A DNA stretch of 64,000 bases, taken from assembly GCA_963665815.1 (NCBI GenBank), contig OY762463.1, forward strand, positions 3,808,001 to 3,872,000, given 5' to 3'. Within the stretch, counting starts at the first letter, position 1. Each line of letters opens with the position of its first letter. Of this stretch, positions 54,950 to 64,000 are shown piece by piece. This DNA comes from Candidatus Cloacimonadales bacterium (GTDB lineage Bacteria; Cloacimonadota; Cloacimonadia; Cloacimonadales; JAIOQZ01). Under the pieces are notes generated by a model. That model searched no databases. It saw only the letters and a list, made by a program, of their open reading frames with translations, and was not told the origin of the DNA. Both the position numbers and the translations under genes were made by a program.

Positions 54950-56110
54950 TTATAAGAATCTTCCCGGTAATATAAACTGCTTTAGCTCTTCATTAAAGTA
55001 TCTGTCTGTCATTGTAGCAATAAAGTCACGTACTTTTTCTGCGGGAAGATAATCATTCAGATACTTTTCGCATTTATGATTGAGGAAATGCTTGTAAATT
55101 TTAGATTCAGTGTTTCCTGATTCTATATCGTTGAGATATTTTTCAAACATTATATCCATTCCCCTGTAAATCCGTTCATTGGCGGATTTCACATGAGGAG
55201 CAGTGTATATCATTTTATAATTGAATGTTTTAAGCTCTTTAAGCATGAAGGATGTGTCTTCGTCAAAAGCAATGTATGGTTTTTCATAGCTTTCTGTTAT
55301 AACACTTTTTACGAGAGTATTGATGATTTGTCCGTTTCTGCTGCCAAGATAATCTCTGCAATCGCGAGGAATATCTTCTATATTCAGGATGTTATAACGA
55401 ACAGCATCTTCAATATCCTGACCGATGTAGGCTATTGTGTCGGATATTCTGACAACGCATCCTTCCATTGTTGCTGGCATCCAGAGACAGGTTTTAGCCT
55501 GTTTCTTCTGATTGATGTAATGCTGAATTCCTTCCTCTGTTTTGTCCCAGTCCGGTTCGAGTCTTGTATTATGAACCTCACCGTCATGAGAAATTATTCC
55601 GTCTCTAACCTGAAATGTCAGATTCAGCCCATGTCCTTTCTTTGATATGTTATCTACAATATGCAGACTTTCTATGTTATGATGGAATGATCCGATATTG
55701 TGTTTTCGGCAGTTTCTGCTTAGTGCTACCTCTCCATCATGACCAAAAGGAGTGTGCCCAAGATCATGTCCCAGGCTGATTGCTTCGATCAGCTCAAGAT
55801 TCAATCCCAATACTTTACCGATTGTTCTGGAAATCTGTGAAACATATGTAGTATGCAGAGATCTGTTTGTCATTTCTTCATCAAAAAGATTTGTGAAGGA
55901 AAAAACCTGTGTTTTGCCCTGATAACGTCTATATGCTCCACTATAAAGGATTCTGTCTCTGTCCAGAGCAAATGCTGTTCTGAAGTGCTTTTTGTCTTCA
56001 TCTTTCAGTCTGTGAGCTTTTGTATCCGTACAGGCGTATTCACTCAGGTTCTGCTGAGTTTTATTTTTCAGATCTTTCTTTATGATCTTTAATTTTTCTT
56101 CGTTTATCAT
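54950..56110 (-). CDS. dGTP triphosphohydrolase-like HD-domain protein
   Basis: DRDRILYS..YRR..KTQVF, GHDLGHTPFGHDGE, DFIATMTDRY. Confidence 0.88.
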   Translation of the reverse strand: MINEEKLKIIKKDLKNKTQQNLSEYACTDTKAHRLKDEDKKHFRTAFALDRDRILYSGAYRRYQGKTQVFSFTNLFDEEMTNRSLHTTYVSQISRTIGKVLGLNLELIEAISLGHDLGHTPFGHDGEVALSRNCRKHNIGSFHHNIESLHIVDNISKKGHGLNLTFQVRDGIISHDGEVHNTRLEPDWDKTEEGIQHYINQKKQAKTCLWMPATMEGCVVRISDTIAYIGQDIEDAVRYNILNIEDIPRDCRDYLGSRNGQIINTLVKSVITESYEKPYIAFDEDTSFMLKELKTFNYKMIYTAPHVKSANERIYRGMDIMFEKYLNDIESGNTESKIYKHFLNHKCEKYLNDYLPAEKVRDFIATMTDRYFNEELKQFILPGRFL

Positions 56111-56124
56111 TTTATGCGTCCTGT

Positions 56125-56742
56125 TTACAAGACTTTCTTAAACCACATAAATATTGGAGGAAAGCCTTCTTTTTCTTTAACTTTCTCGAAGAAAGTAATT
56201 ACTCTGTCTTCCTGGAGTTCCTCTTTGTGACATTCAAAATCTTTATGGCGTGAAAACTCTTTCATCATCCATTCCGAATATCCTGTATGGTCGGTAGAAA
56301 TCTGCACGATTCCGTCTTTCTGCAGCAGGCTGGAAAGTGCATCCAGAAAATTCTGCTGGATAAGTCTGTTTTTATGGTGCCTGCGTTTCGGCCATGGATC
56401 CGGGTGAATAATGTAGATTCTTTCGAATATATTTGCTGATATAAAGTTTGTTATTGATTTGTCAACATATTCACTTACAATTCTTACATTATTGTTGTCT
56501 ATATGGTTAATTTTCTTCATGATGCTGTTAACTCTTCTCCATCTTGGCTCAATGCCGAGAAAGTTAACATTGGGGTTTTTAAGGGATTTTTCTACAAGGA
56601 AATCCCCATGACCGCAACCTATCTCCATATGGAGAGGATTGTCGTTTCCAAATATTTCTTTAAAATCGATAATTTTGTTTTCGGCAAACTCAATTACGAA
56701 GTGTTCTTTTTTTTCTTCTACTGTCCAATTCATAATGAACAA
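56125..56742 (-). CDS. trmB: tRNA (guanine-N7)-methyltransferase
   Basis: EIGCGHG, PDPWPKRRHHKNRL, STD, TFFE. Confidence 0.93.
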   Translation of the reverse strand: MFIMNWTVEEKKEHFVIEFAENKIIDFKEIFGNDNPLHMEIGCGHGDFLVEKSLKNPNVNFLGIEPRWRRVNSIMKKINHIDNNNVRIVSEYVDKSITNFISANIFERIYIIHPDPWPKRRHHKNRLIQQNFLDALSSLLQKDGIVQISTDHTGYSEWMMKEFSRHKDFECHKEELQEDRVITFFEKVKEKEGFPPIFMWFKKVL

Positions 56743-56852
56743 ATCTGAATAGCAAGTAAAGTTGTCAATAGAAAGTCTTTGAAAAGCTGTTTATAAAAAG
56801 AAGGCTAACAGTTTTTTATAGAGTCATACATTGATCTGAGACAGAGTTTATC

Positions 56853-57638
56853 TTACAGGCCGTACATTCTCATGAATAATCCGGTCATTCCCTGTGCGAC
56901 TGAATTTTCGATAATGAAATAGACAAATGCTGCTAAAGCAAGGAAAGGGCCGAATGGAATAAACGATGAGCGTTTAATTCTCATTGCAAGAATATAAATG
57001 AGTGCTATAATAGCTGAAATGAAAAGAATATAGAAGACTCCGGGACTACCAAAGAAAGCCCCTATTGCAGTCAGATATTTTACATCGCCACCGCCTAATC
57101 CTTCCATTTTCTTTAGTTTTGCATAGATGAATCCTATTCCAAAGAATAGAATGAATGCTATTCCAGCTCCCATGAGTGATGATTTCCATGTAATGTCTGA
57201 CATTGGGAAAAATGCAAGAATAATACCAATAATGATTAGAGGGATGTCAATGGAATCAGGAATGATCATGTGAAAAAAATCTATGAATATTATTATTATA
57301 GCTGTCGCAAAGAACAGCAGATATTTAAAATATATCAGGTTGAATCTGTTACCGAGAAATGCAAACAGAAAAACGAATAATGCACCTGTGAGTATTTCCA
57401 CAAAAAGATAGTGCCAGTGAATCTTAGTTCCGCAGTCCCGACATTTTCCTTTCAGAAAAATGTAGCTGAAAACAGGGATGTTATTGTATGGGGTAATCTT
57501 CTTTTTACAGACAGGGCAGTGAGAAGATGGGAAAACGATTGATTCGTTTTTGGGGATTCGACAGATGCATACATTAAAAAAACTGCCAAAGCAGCTTCCA
57601 ATGAAAAATAAAAATAAATAAATGATTAATAATTCCAA
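56853..57638 (-). CDS. pilD: Prepilin peptidase/N-methyltransferase
   Basis: GSFFNVCICRIP, SHCPVC..CRDC, GGGDVK, IPFGPFL. Confidence 0.93.
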   Translation of the reverse strand: MELLIIYLFLFFIGSCFGSFFNVCICRIPKNESIVFPSSHCPVCKKKITPYNNIPVFSYIFLKGKCRDCGTKIHWHYLFVEILTGALFVFLFAFLGNRFNLIYFKYLLFFATAIIIIFIDFFHMIIPDSIDIPLIIIGIILAFFPMSDITWKSSLMGAGIAFILFFGIGFIYAKLKKMEGLGGGDVKYLTAIGAFFGSPGVFYILFISAIIALIYILAMRIKRSSFIPFGPFLALAAFVYFIIENSVAQGMTGLFMRMYGL

Positions 57639-57641
57639 AGT

Positions 57642-58094
57642 TTACCTGTAAAATAAGTTATTTCTGTAGCTGTAAGGGCTGTATGGATTGTATTGTCTAT
57701 ACTCAAACTTGATTGTGGAATTCTCTGTAGGTTTATAAATAAGCTGGAACTCCGGAAACACTTTTGTGTTGTTATCCTCATTTGAGTCAAATTCTAATCC
57801 TTTTTTCAAGTAACCTGTACCGAAATTAGAAAAATGCAGGTTAAGATTCAGCTTCAGATTGGATCGGAAATTATATTCTATATGATTAGTATATGTCGTG
57901 TTATAAGTAGAAAAAGAGCTTGAGCTGTAGCTTGAGGAGAAAGACATACTGTGGCTCATCTTCATATTCTTGGGGTTGATTATTCCTGTGTCGAATAATG
58001 ATGGAAATTTGTAATGAGGATTAATACCCGGAACCTGAGCAAGACAGGTAAAGGAAACGATCGCAAATAAGATAACTAATGCTGATTTCTTCAT
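57642..58094 (-). CDS. Secreted beta-rich hypothetical protein
   Basis: GAGGAG SD then MKKSALVILF signal peptide; alternating beta-strand pattern. Confidence 0.7.
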   Translation of the reverse strand: MKKSALVILFAIVSFTCLAQVPGINPHYKFPSLFDTGIINPKNMKMSHSMSFSSSYSSSSFSTYNTTYTNHIEYNFRSNLKLNLNLHFSNFGTGYLKKGLEFDSNEDNNTKVFPEFQLIYKPTENSTIKFEYRQYNPYSPYSYRNNLFYR

Positions 58095-58387
58095 TATAAA
58101 CTCCTCTAAATTTTGTTTCATATTATGAACAACGCCAAATAGTGTCAATAATTACTTAAAAAATATAATTTAACAACAAAAATATGTTCATTAAAAACAA
58201 ATAAGAAAAAATTTGACGTATTTTTTAACCTGAAATTATTGTAATGATTGTAAAAAAATATGTATTTCTGTTACAAAACCAGAGAATTTTGGTTATACTA
58301 TATATATAATATATACTGTTTAATGATGTATATATTTGATGATGTTAAAAATGGTTACAGATAAATAAAAAAATCGGAGGTCTTTCG

Positions 58388-60985
58388 ATGAAGAAAGGTA
58401 TTCTTTTGGTAGTCATCCTGATGATGATGACTTTCCTTATGGCGGACGACATTATTTACAGGACTCTGCCGAACGGTATGAAAGTTGCCGTAAAGAAGAA
58501 CGACAGTAACAATTCTGTCGGACTTTATTGTTTTGTTAAAACAGGCTCAGTTAATGAAGGTGAATACCTCAGTGCAGGTATATCTCATTACCTTGAGCAT
58601 ATTGTTTCAGGTGGATCTACAGAGTTTCATACAGAAGCTGAATTTAGTGAAATGGGTAGAGAAATGGGAGCTATTGTTAATGCTTTCACTACTTATGACA
58701 TGACTGCTTTTCATGTTACTGTAGACAAGATTTATGCAGACAAAGCTCTCAGCATTCTTGCAGAGCAGATGCAGTACAATCGTTGTGACACAGTAGAGAC
58801 TAACAGAGAGAAGAAAGTAATTCTCAAAGAAATCGTTATGCGTTCATCTCCTGCTCAATCTCAGGCTTTTCAGGCATATAGAGAATTTCTTTATCCAAAT
58901 TCAAATGACAGATTTCCTGTAATCGGTTATGTTGAAACTTATAGCAGAATTACAAGAGACGGACTTTATGATTACTACAAAAAACGTTATGCACCTAATA
59001 ACATGATTTTTGTATGTGTTGGAAATATTGATCCTGAAGAAATGTATGGTAAGATCGAAAAAGCTTTTGAGCAATTCCCAAGAAGAGTAATGGATCCAGT
59101 ATATCTTCCTGCAGAATCTCCAATAAGCGGAAGTCATGAAAGAGCTCAGGAATTTGGAATCAAATCACCAATGGTTTTCATGTCTACTATACTTTCACCT
59201 GCTGATTACGTAGATGAAGTAGCACTTGATGCCGGTATGACAGCTCTTTTCAATAAAAGAAAAGCTCCACTTCGTTACAAATTAGTCGAAGAACTTAAGC
59301 TTGTAAACTATGTATATGGTTATACAGATATTAATCCGGCTTCACCTCACAGTACAGTGAATATTGGTTTTGAAGCAAAAAATCCTGAAGATGTTAAAAA
59401 GATCGTAAGAATCATTGATGAAGAGATTGCTGAATTTGTCAAAAAAGGTTTTAAGCAAAATCAGATTGACAATATGATTCAAAGATATACAGCTTACAAT
59501 GAACTTTCTACTCCAGATGTAGATGCAGAATGTACATCAATCGGTAGATCGATTGTAAGAAACGATATCCCTGATACTTATGATACATTTATGGCTCAGT
59601 TAAAGAAACTTACACCGGAAGATATTAAAGCTGCTTTTACAAGACATATTCTTCCTCAGAACAGAAAGATATTCTATGCAATGCCAATGGGTACAAAAAG
59701 CATTCTTGAATCTGCAGAGAAAAAAGAAGTTGTAAAAACTGACATAGAAAAAATTAATGTGAAAAAGAATATCACTCTGATTCATAAGAAAAATACAGAA
59801 AAACCTTTAGTATATGGTGAAATTTTCCTTCCTATCAACTCTAACTATGGTGATGAAGAACACTTTGGTGAAATTGATTTCATGGTTGACCTTATGCTTT
59901 CAGGTTCAAAGAAGTATGATTCTATGGATCTTACTGAATGGATGGAAGATCATGTTGTAGATTTATCTATGAGTGCCGGATTCCTTGGAACGTTTATTGA
60001 ATTCAAATGTCTTAAATCTGATTTTGAAGAAGTTCAGAATGTACTTATAGATGCTATTAATAATCCAAAGTTTCCAGAAAAAGAGATTCAGCTTTTAAAA
60101 GATTCACGACGAGCTAACTTACTCAGAAATCAGGCAAAAGCAGAAACTTTCCATGATGAATTCAGAAGCAGTGTTCTTTATCCTGATTCTCCTCATGGCT
60201 TGACCGGAGAAGAAAGATATGAAATAGTAAATGCTCTCTCAAGAGATGATCTATTCAAACTTCATGAAAAATACATCAAAGCAGATAGAATGGTTATGTC
60301 TATCTTCGGTGATATTGAAAAAGATGAAGCTGAAGATATTGCAAAGAGCATTTACAAAGAAATTCCTCACGGAACAATTGATGATAAGCTTTATTCAATC
60401 ACAATCCCGGATCTTAACGGACTTTATGAAAACGAATATGAATTCGAACAAGTTAACGTTAATGTAAACTGTAAAGCTCCAAACAAACATGATGATGATT
60501 TCTATGCATTCCAGGTTATCGAAACTATCCTCAACGGTTCAAGAGGTAGACTCCATGTTGAAACCAGAGGTGTTAGAGACCTTGCTTACTTTGCATATGC
60601 AAGTTATTCATATATGTATGATGAAGGGTGGTTAAGACTTACATCACAAACATCTTATGATAAAAAAGATGAACTGATTAAAGTAATGAAAGACCAACTT
60701 ATAAAACTCAAAACAGAAAAAGTATCTCAGGAAGAACTTAAGGCTGCAGTAGAAGAAAAAGAAAAGATGCTCAATGCAATGCTTACCGAAAATAGCATGG
60801 CCAGCATCTCAGTTTCTTACGAAGCTTTCGGAATGGGATATGACTTCCTTCATAAAAACATCCAGGAACTGAAAAAAATAACACCTGAAGATATTCAGCG
60901 CGTTGCTAAAAAATACTTCAATAACCTTGCAGTATTCTCCTCATTCCCTGATGAAGATACACGTGAAGATATAATGGTTAAATAA
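58388..60985 (+). CDS. M16 (pitrilysin-family) zinc peptidase
   Basis: Signal peptide, LPNGM, HYLEH (HxxEH), NAFT, YAPNNM; second half lacks the motif. Confidence 0.92.
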   Translation: MKKGILLVVILMMMTFLMADDIIYRTLPNGMKVAVKKNDSNNSVGLYCFVKTGSVNEGEYLSAGISHYLEHIVSGGSTEFHTEAEFSEMGREMGAIVNAFTTYDMTAFHVTVDKIYADKALSILAEQMQYNRCDTVETNREKKVILKEIVMRSSPAQSQAFQAYREFLYPNSNDRFPVIGYVETYSRITRDGLYDYYKKRYAPNNMIFVCVGNIDPEEMYGKIEKAFEQFPRRVMDPVYLPAESPISGSHERAQEFGIKSPMVFMSTILSPADYVDEVALDAGMTALFNKRKAPLRYKLVEELKLVNYVYGYTDINPASPHSTVNIGFEAKNPEDVKKIVRIIDEEIAEFVKKGFKQNQIDNMIQRYTAYNELSTPDVDAECTSIGRSIVRNDIPDTYDTFMAQLKKLTPEDIKAAFTRHILPQNRKIFYAMPMGTKSILESAEKKEVVKTDIEKINVKKNITLIHKKNTEKPLVYGEIFLPINSNYGDEEHFGEIDFMVDLMLSGSKKYDSMDLTEWMEDHVVDLSMSAGFLGTFIEFKCLKSDFEEVQNVLIDAINNPKFPEKEIQLLKDSRRANLLRNQAKAETFHDEFRSSVLYPDSPHGLTGEERYEIVNALSRDDLFKLHEKYIKADRMVMSIFGDIEKDEAEDIAKSIYKEIPHGTIDDKLYSITIPDLNGLYENEYEFEQVNVNVNCKAPNKHDDDFYAFQVIETILNGSRGRLHVETRGVRDLAYFAYASYSYMYDEGWLRLTSQTSYDKKDELIKVMKDQLIKLKTEKVSQEELKAAVEEKEKMLNAMLTENSMASISVSYEAFGMGYDFLHKNIQELKKITPEDIQRVAKKYFNNLAVFSSFPDEDTREDIMVK

Positions 60986-61003
60986 TAATCGTTACAAATA
61001 TAT

Positions 61004-61038
61004 AAAGCAGGCTGTCAGTTTTGACCGCCTGTTTTTTT
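61004..61038 (+). terminator. Intrinsic terminator
   Basis: GCAGGCTGTCA-gttt-TGACCGCCTGT plus T run. Confidence 0.75.
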
Positions 61039-61286
61039 ATCCCTCCAAATGGACATAGCCCTTTGGCAATGGTGTGACAAACTGCAGTTACCACTTTACG
61101 ACGCTTAACGTCGCTAAATTTCCCTCTTCATTGTTATCAGAATTCAAGTTGTTTCTGGAGTTATTTCTTTCAGAAAAACTCTACGTGAGTGCAAATTCAT
61201 TTCGGATGAGACATGAATTGGAATGTGTAAATTGATGGGTACAAAATAGATTGAATATGATAAATAGTATTGTTTTGGCGTTAAAT

Positions 61287-61430
61287 AGACGTTGCATGCA
61301 ACGCGTAGTGCTATTACAATATTAAATTGGAATACACCTGAACTATACTCTACATATCAGTTACATACTCAGCAATCCTGCCGGACGCGTAGAGACAACC
61401 GGACGGTTGTCTTATGAAATCAACCTCTAC
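61287..61430. repeat. Degenerate GTAG-type REP palindromes
   Basis: AGACGTTGCATGCAACG (61287), GTAGAGACAACCGGACGGTTGTCT (61389) and CTCTAC end. Confidence 0.55.
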
Positions 61431-61459
61431 TAAATATAAAGAGTAAAACGGCGTTTAAT

Positions 61460-64000
61460 TTATTGGTTTTTCTTCTCCGGGGCTATTCGCTCTCTTATTG
61501 CATCAATTAATTGCAGCCAGGCTTCATCTTTATCATCCCATTTAATCAGAGGAACTAATCTACCTTCTGTCTTTTTCAAAGGCTGCATCTGGTATTGACC
61601 AACTTTATACTTGTTCTTTTCATTCAGGTCTTCATCTATGATTGTCCAGTTCTTCCAATCGCAGGTTCTCAGCAAAAACGGGAATATATATCCTTTTCTT
61701 TTCTTTACTTTTCTCAAGGCAATAGGCATTTCCACTTCATGTACATAACTGGAACTGATGAAACTCTGACTGAGAAGCATAATAACAATATCTGCTTCCT
61801 CCAGATTATGCCTAATAACCTCGTCCCAAAGTTCTCCTGGCTTAATCAAACCGTCATTCCATTCCTGCACGAGTCCGTCTCGTTTCAGGTTAACAAGAAA
61901 CTTATTCAGTTCCTTTCTCTCGCTCATATTGTCATGTGAGTAGCTTATAAATAGTTTCTTCATTTTTCCTCTCAAGTCTTCCGGTAAATACTCGTTAAAA
62001 TCATAAATCGAAAGCTGTTTTTTGCTTCCTTTATCATTTACGGATGTAATAATTTTACATTCATCCTTTGCTGCATGGACAAGGTCTCTGTATTGCACAA
62101 AGTACTCTCCATCATTTGATATTGATATGTTTATTTTATCCGAGTACCAGCCTCTCTGTGCTTTTTTCGCATGATACAGCGCTCCCCCCAATAATTCCAT
62201 TATTTTAGGCTTACCCATACCTAATGCTTTTCCAATTTTATTGTCCTCATAACTTCTTTCTACAAATTGTTTCGGATCAATTATACTTACAATATTATCT
62301 ATAATTGATTTCCTGAGATTAGAATTATCTGAGGAAAAACTATCGTACAGCTTTAATCTCAGCTTAGGTCTTTCGTATTCAATCAGGATCATTTCCTTGT
62401 CATCTTCTATTACAAGTCCGTTCTGCCAGAAGAGGTGAGAAGTATCGCTTCCCTGAATGTCCTTGCCATATATACTGAACAGCTCCAGCAGGATTTCATT
62501 CATCAGATAATGGTCGGACTCTATTCTGATGCGGGATGACCTGAAATTATGCTTCTTCATCATCTTAAGCCAGGCAGGTTCCACTGCAGGCAGATATTGC
62601 GGTGCATAGAAATGACCATCATGTGATTTGAAGATCAATTTGAAGGACAGAAGCAGGTTTGTAATTTCTTCTTCAGTTAAACCCAGTTTATTCTTTTGGG
62701 CAGCATCCGAAATTTCATCTGTTATCCTTCCGTCATTGTTATTAAGATCTTCAGTCAATACCTGCTTGTAAAGAATATCGAGTAATGTTTGAGGTTTCAG
62801 GAAAATTTTACCAGGAGCAGCATCTGCGAAATACATTATGGATCCGGCTCTGTTCAGTGTCTTTAGTTTCTCATTATCATTTTCACCGGTAAGATTATAG
62901 TATTTTTCCAGTGTTATGGAGCTGACTTCTGTTCCCTTCTCAACAAGTTTATCTCTGATATCTATATATTTATATGGCCAGATTCGTTTACCGGATAAAT
63001 ACTCTATTCTTTCCCGGATCAGCTCAAAAAGACCTTTCAGTCTTTTTCGTTTCAGTAAACTGACTGAACAATAATTGATTATGAACTTGCATTTATTGTC
63101 TTCGCAGTTATTGTAGGGAGAATAAATATTAAATTTCTCCTGAATACTGTAACGGGGAAGATGCGAAACAAAATCAGATATATCATTATTGCCAATATCT
63201 ATTTTATTTTCCACCAGTATTGTTTCTATTACCCCTGATTTCCCGCTTAACTGCTCGCAGCAGCGCAGCCAATAGTCCAGATCATACAATTCATCTTTAG
63301 TTTTCTTATCAGAAAGCTTTTCTCTCGTTTCTTTATCGTTAGACCAGAGTAGTATATGTAAAGCATCAGCACTGAAGAACAGTTTATGGGTTGCATGAAA
63401 ATAATCCTGTCCACCGAAATCCCAGACATGGCATTTTACATAGTTGTTCATGTATTCTACAGGTAAAAACTGGTATTCAACACCGTGAGTTGAATCTCCA
63501 GAAATGTACTCTATTGTGTCATTACCTTTTCCAACTTCTTGTAACCATATGTGAAGAAGATTTGATTTGCCGACATTGGTGTTACCAATAAGTAAGACTT
63601 TTAACTCATTAAGAGAAAATTTTTCTTTCTTATTGGAAATCTCCTTACAATAACTTACAATTTCCTGAGCACTGGCATTTAAGATTTCTTCAGGGATATC
63701 CAGAGGATTATCAGTAATTTTTAAATACTCTAGTTTTTCCAATTGTGCCAATGGAGTAATATCTTTGATTTGATTACTCCATAAGTTAAGCCCAGTCAGA
63801 TTCACCAGTTTTTCAAGAGGTGTAATAATTTTGATTTGATTGCTGTATAAATACAGCTCAGTCAGATTCACCAGTTTTTCAAGAGGAGTAATATCTTTGA
63901 TTTGATTGCTGTGTAAATTCAGCACTTTCAGATTCACATGCTTTCCAAGAGGAGTAATATTGGATATTTGATTACCATCTAAGTCCAGAGCTGTCAGGTT
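61460..64000 (-). CDS. LRR-Roc-COR-TIR (Roco) protein, 5' partial
   Basis: 22-aa LRRs open to the window edge; P-loop GNTNVGKS, STHG, WDFGGQ, NKID; COR region; TIR LFISYSH..FISSSYVHEVE. Confidence 0.9.
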   Translation of the reverse strand, partial: NLTALDLDGNQISNITPLGKHVNLKVLNLHSNQIKDITPLEKLVNLTELYLYSNQIKIITPLEKLVNLTGLNLWSNQIKDITPLAQLEKLEYLKITDNPLDIPEEILNASAQEIVSYCKEISNKKEKFSLNELKVLLIGNTNVGKSNLLHIWLQEVGKGNDTIEYISGDSTHGVEYQFLPVEYMNNYVKCHVWDFGGQDYFHATHKLFFSADALHILLWSNDKETREKLSDKKTKDELYDLDYWLRCCEQLSGKSGVIETILVENKIDIGNNDISDFVSHLPRYSIQEKFNIYSPYNNCEDNKCKFIINYCSVSLLKRKRLKGLFELIRERIEYLSGKRIWPYKYIDIRDKLVEKGTEVSSITLEKYYNLTGENDNEKLKTLNRAGSIMYFADAAPGKIFLKPQTLLDILYKQVLTEDLNNNDGRITDEISDAAQKNKLGLTEEEITNLLLSFKLIFKSHDGHFYAPQYLPAVEPAWLKMMKKHNFRSSRIRIESDHYLMNEILLELFSIYGKDIQGSDTSHLFWQNGLVIEDDKEMILIEYERPKLRLKLYDSFSSDNSNLRKSIIDNIVSIIDPKQFVERSYEDNKIGKALGMGKPKIMELLGGALYHAKKAQRGWYSDKINISISNDGEYFVQYRDLVHAAKDECKIITSVNDKGSKKQLSIYDFNEYLPEDLRGKMKKLFISYSHDNMSERKELNKFLVNLKRDGLVQEWNDGLIKPGELWDEVIRHNLEEADIVIMLLSQSFISSSYVHEVEMPIALRKVKKRKGYIFPFLLRTCDWKNWTIIDEDLNEKNKYKVGQYQMQPLKKTEGRLVPLIKWDDKDEAWLQLIDAIRERIAPEKKNQ
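63740..64000 (-). repeat. 66-bp tandem repeats encoding LRRs
   Basis: CAGATTCACCAGTTTTTCAAGAGG..TAAT..TTTGATTTGATT recurs every 66 bp. Confidence 0.9.

Overview
64-kb AT-rich bacterial chromosome segment, most likely from phylum Cloacimonadota (inferred from 16S features and the secreted proteins ending in an NYPNPFNP FlgD-Ig/T9SS-A-like domain). Housekeeping content: guaB 3' end, xerD, tpiA, serS, a full rRNA operon (16S, tRNA-Ile, tRNA-Ala, 23S, 5S), four more tRNAs, a DEAD-box helicase, cdsA, uppS, prfB with its programmed +1 frameshift, a dGTPase-like HD protein, trmB and pilD. Between 5S rRNA and tRNA-Lys lies a decaying accessory region: a split KAP NTPase, TetR plus CPBP protease, an IS3 remnant and stacked gene-junction fragments. 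The window also holds a gingipain-like C25 protein, a GH38 mannosidase, a PAS histidine kinase, an SbcD-like plus GIY-YIG nuclease pair, three tandem secreted beta-propeller paralogs, a sigma54-type flgF-flgG-flgA-flgH operon without flgI, an M16 peptidase and a partial LRR-Roc-COR-TIR gene. The best unexplained signals are a ~190-nt intergenic element present twice with compensatory base changes and a likely pseudoknot, a highly paired ~330-nt leader before the DEAD-box helicase, the gene-fragment array at tRNA-Lys, and the Roco-TIR protein whose LRRs vary mainly at binding-face positions. No CRISPR array was seen. All calls are by eye, without database searches.
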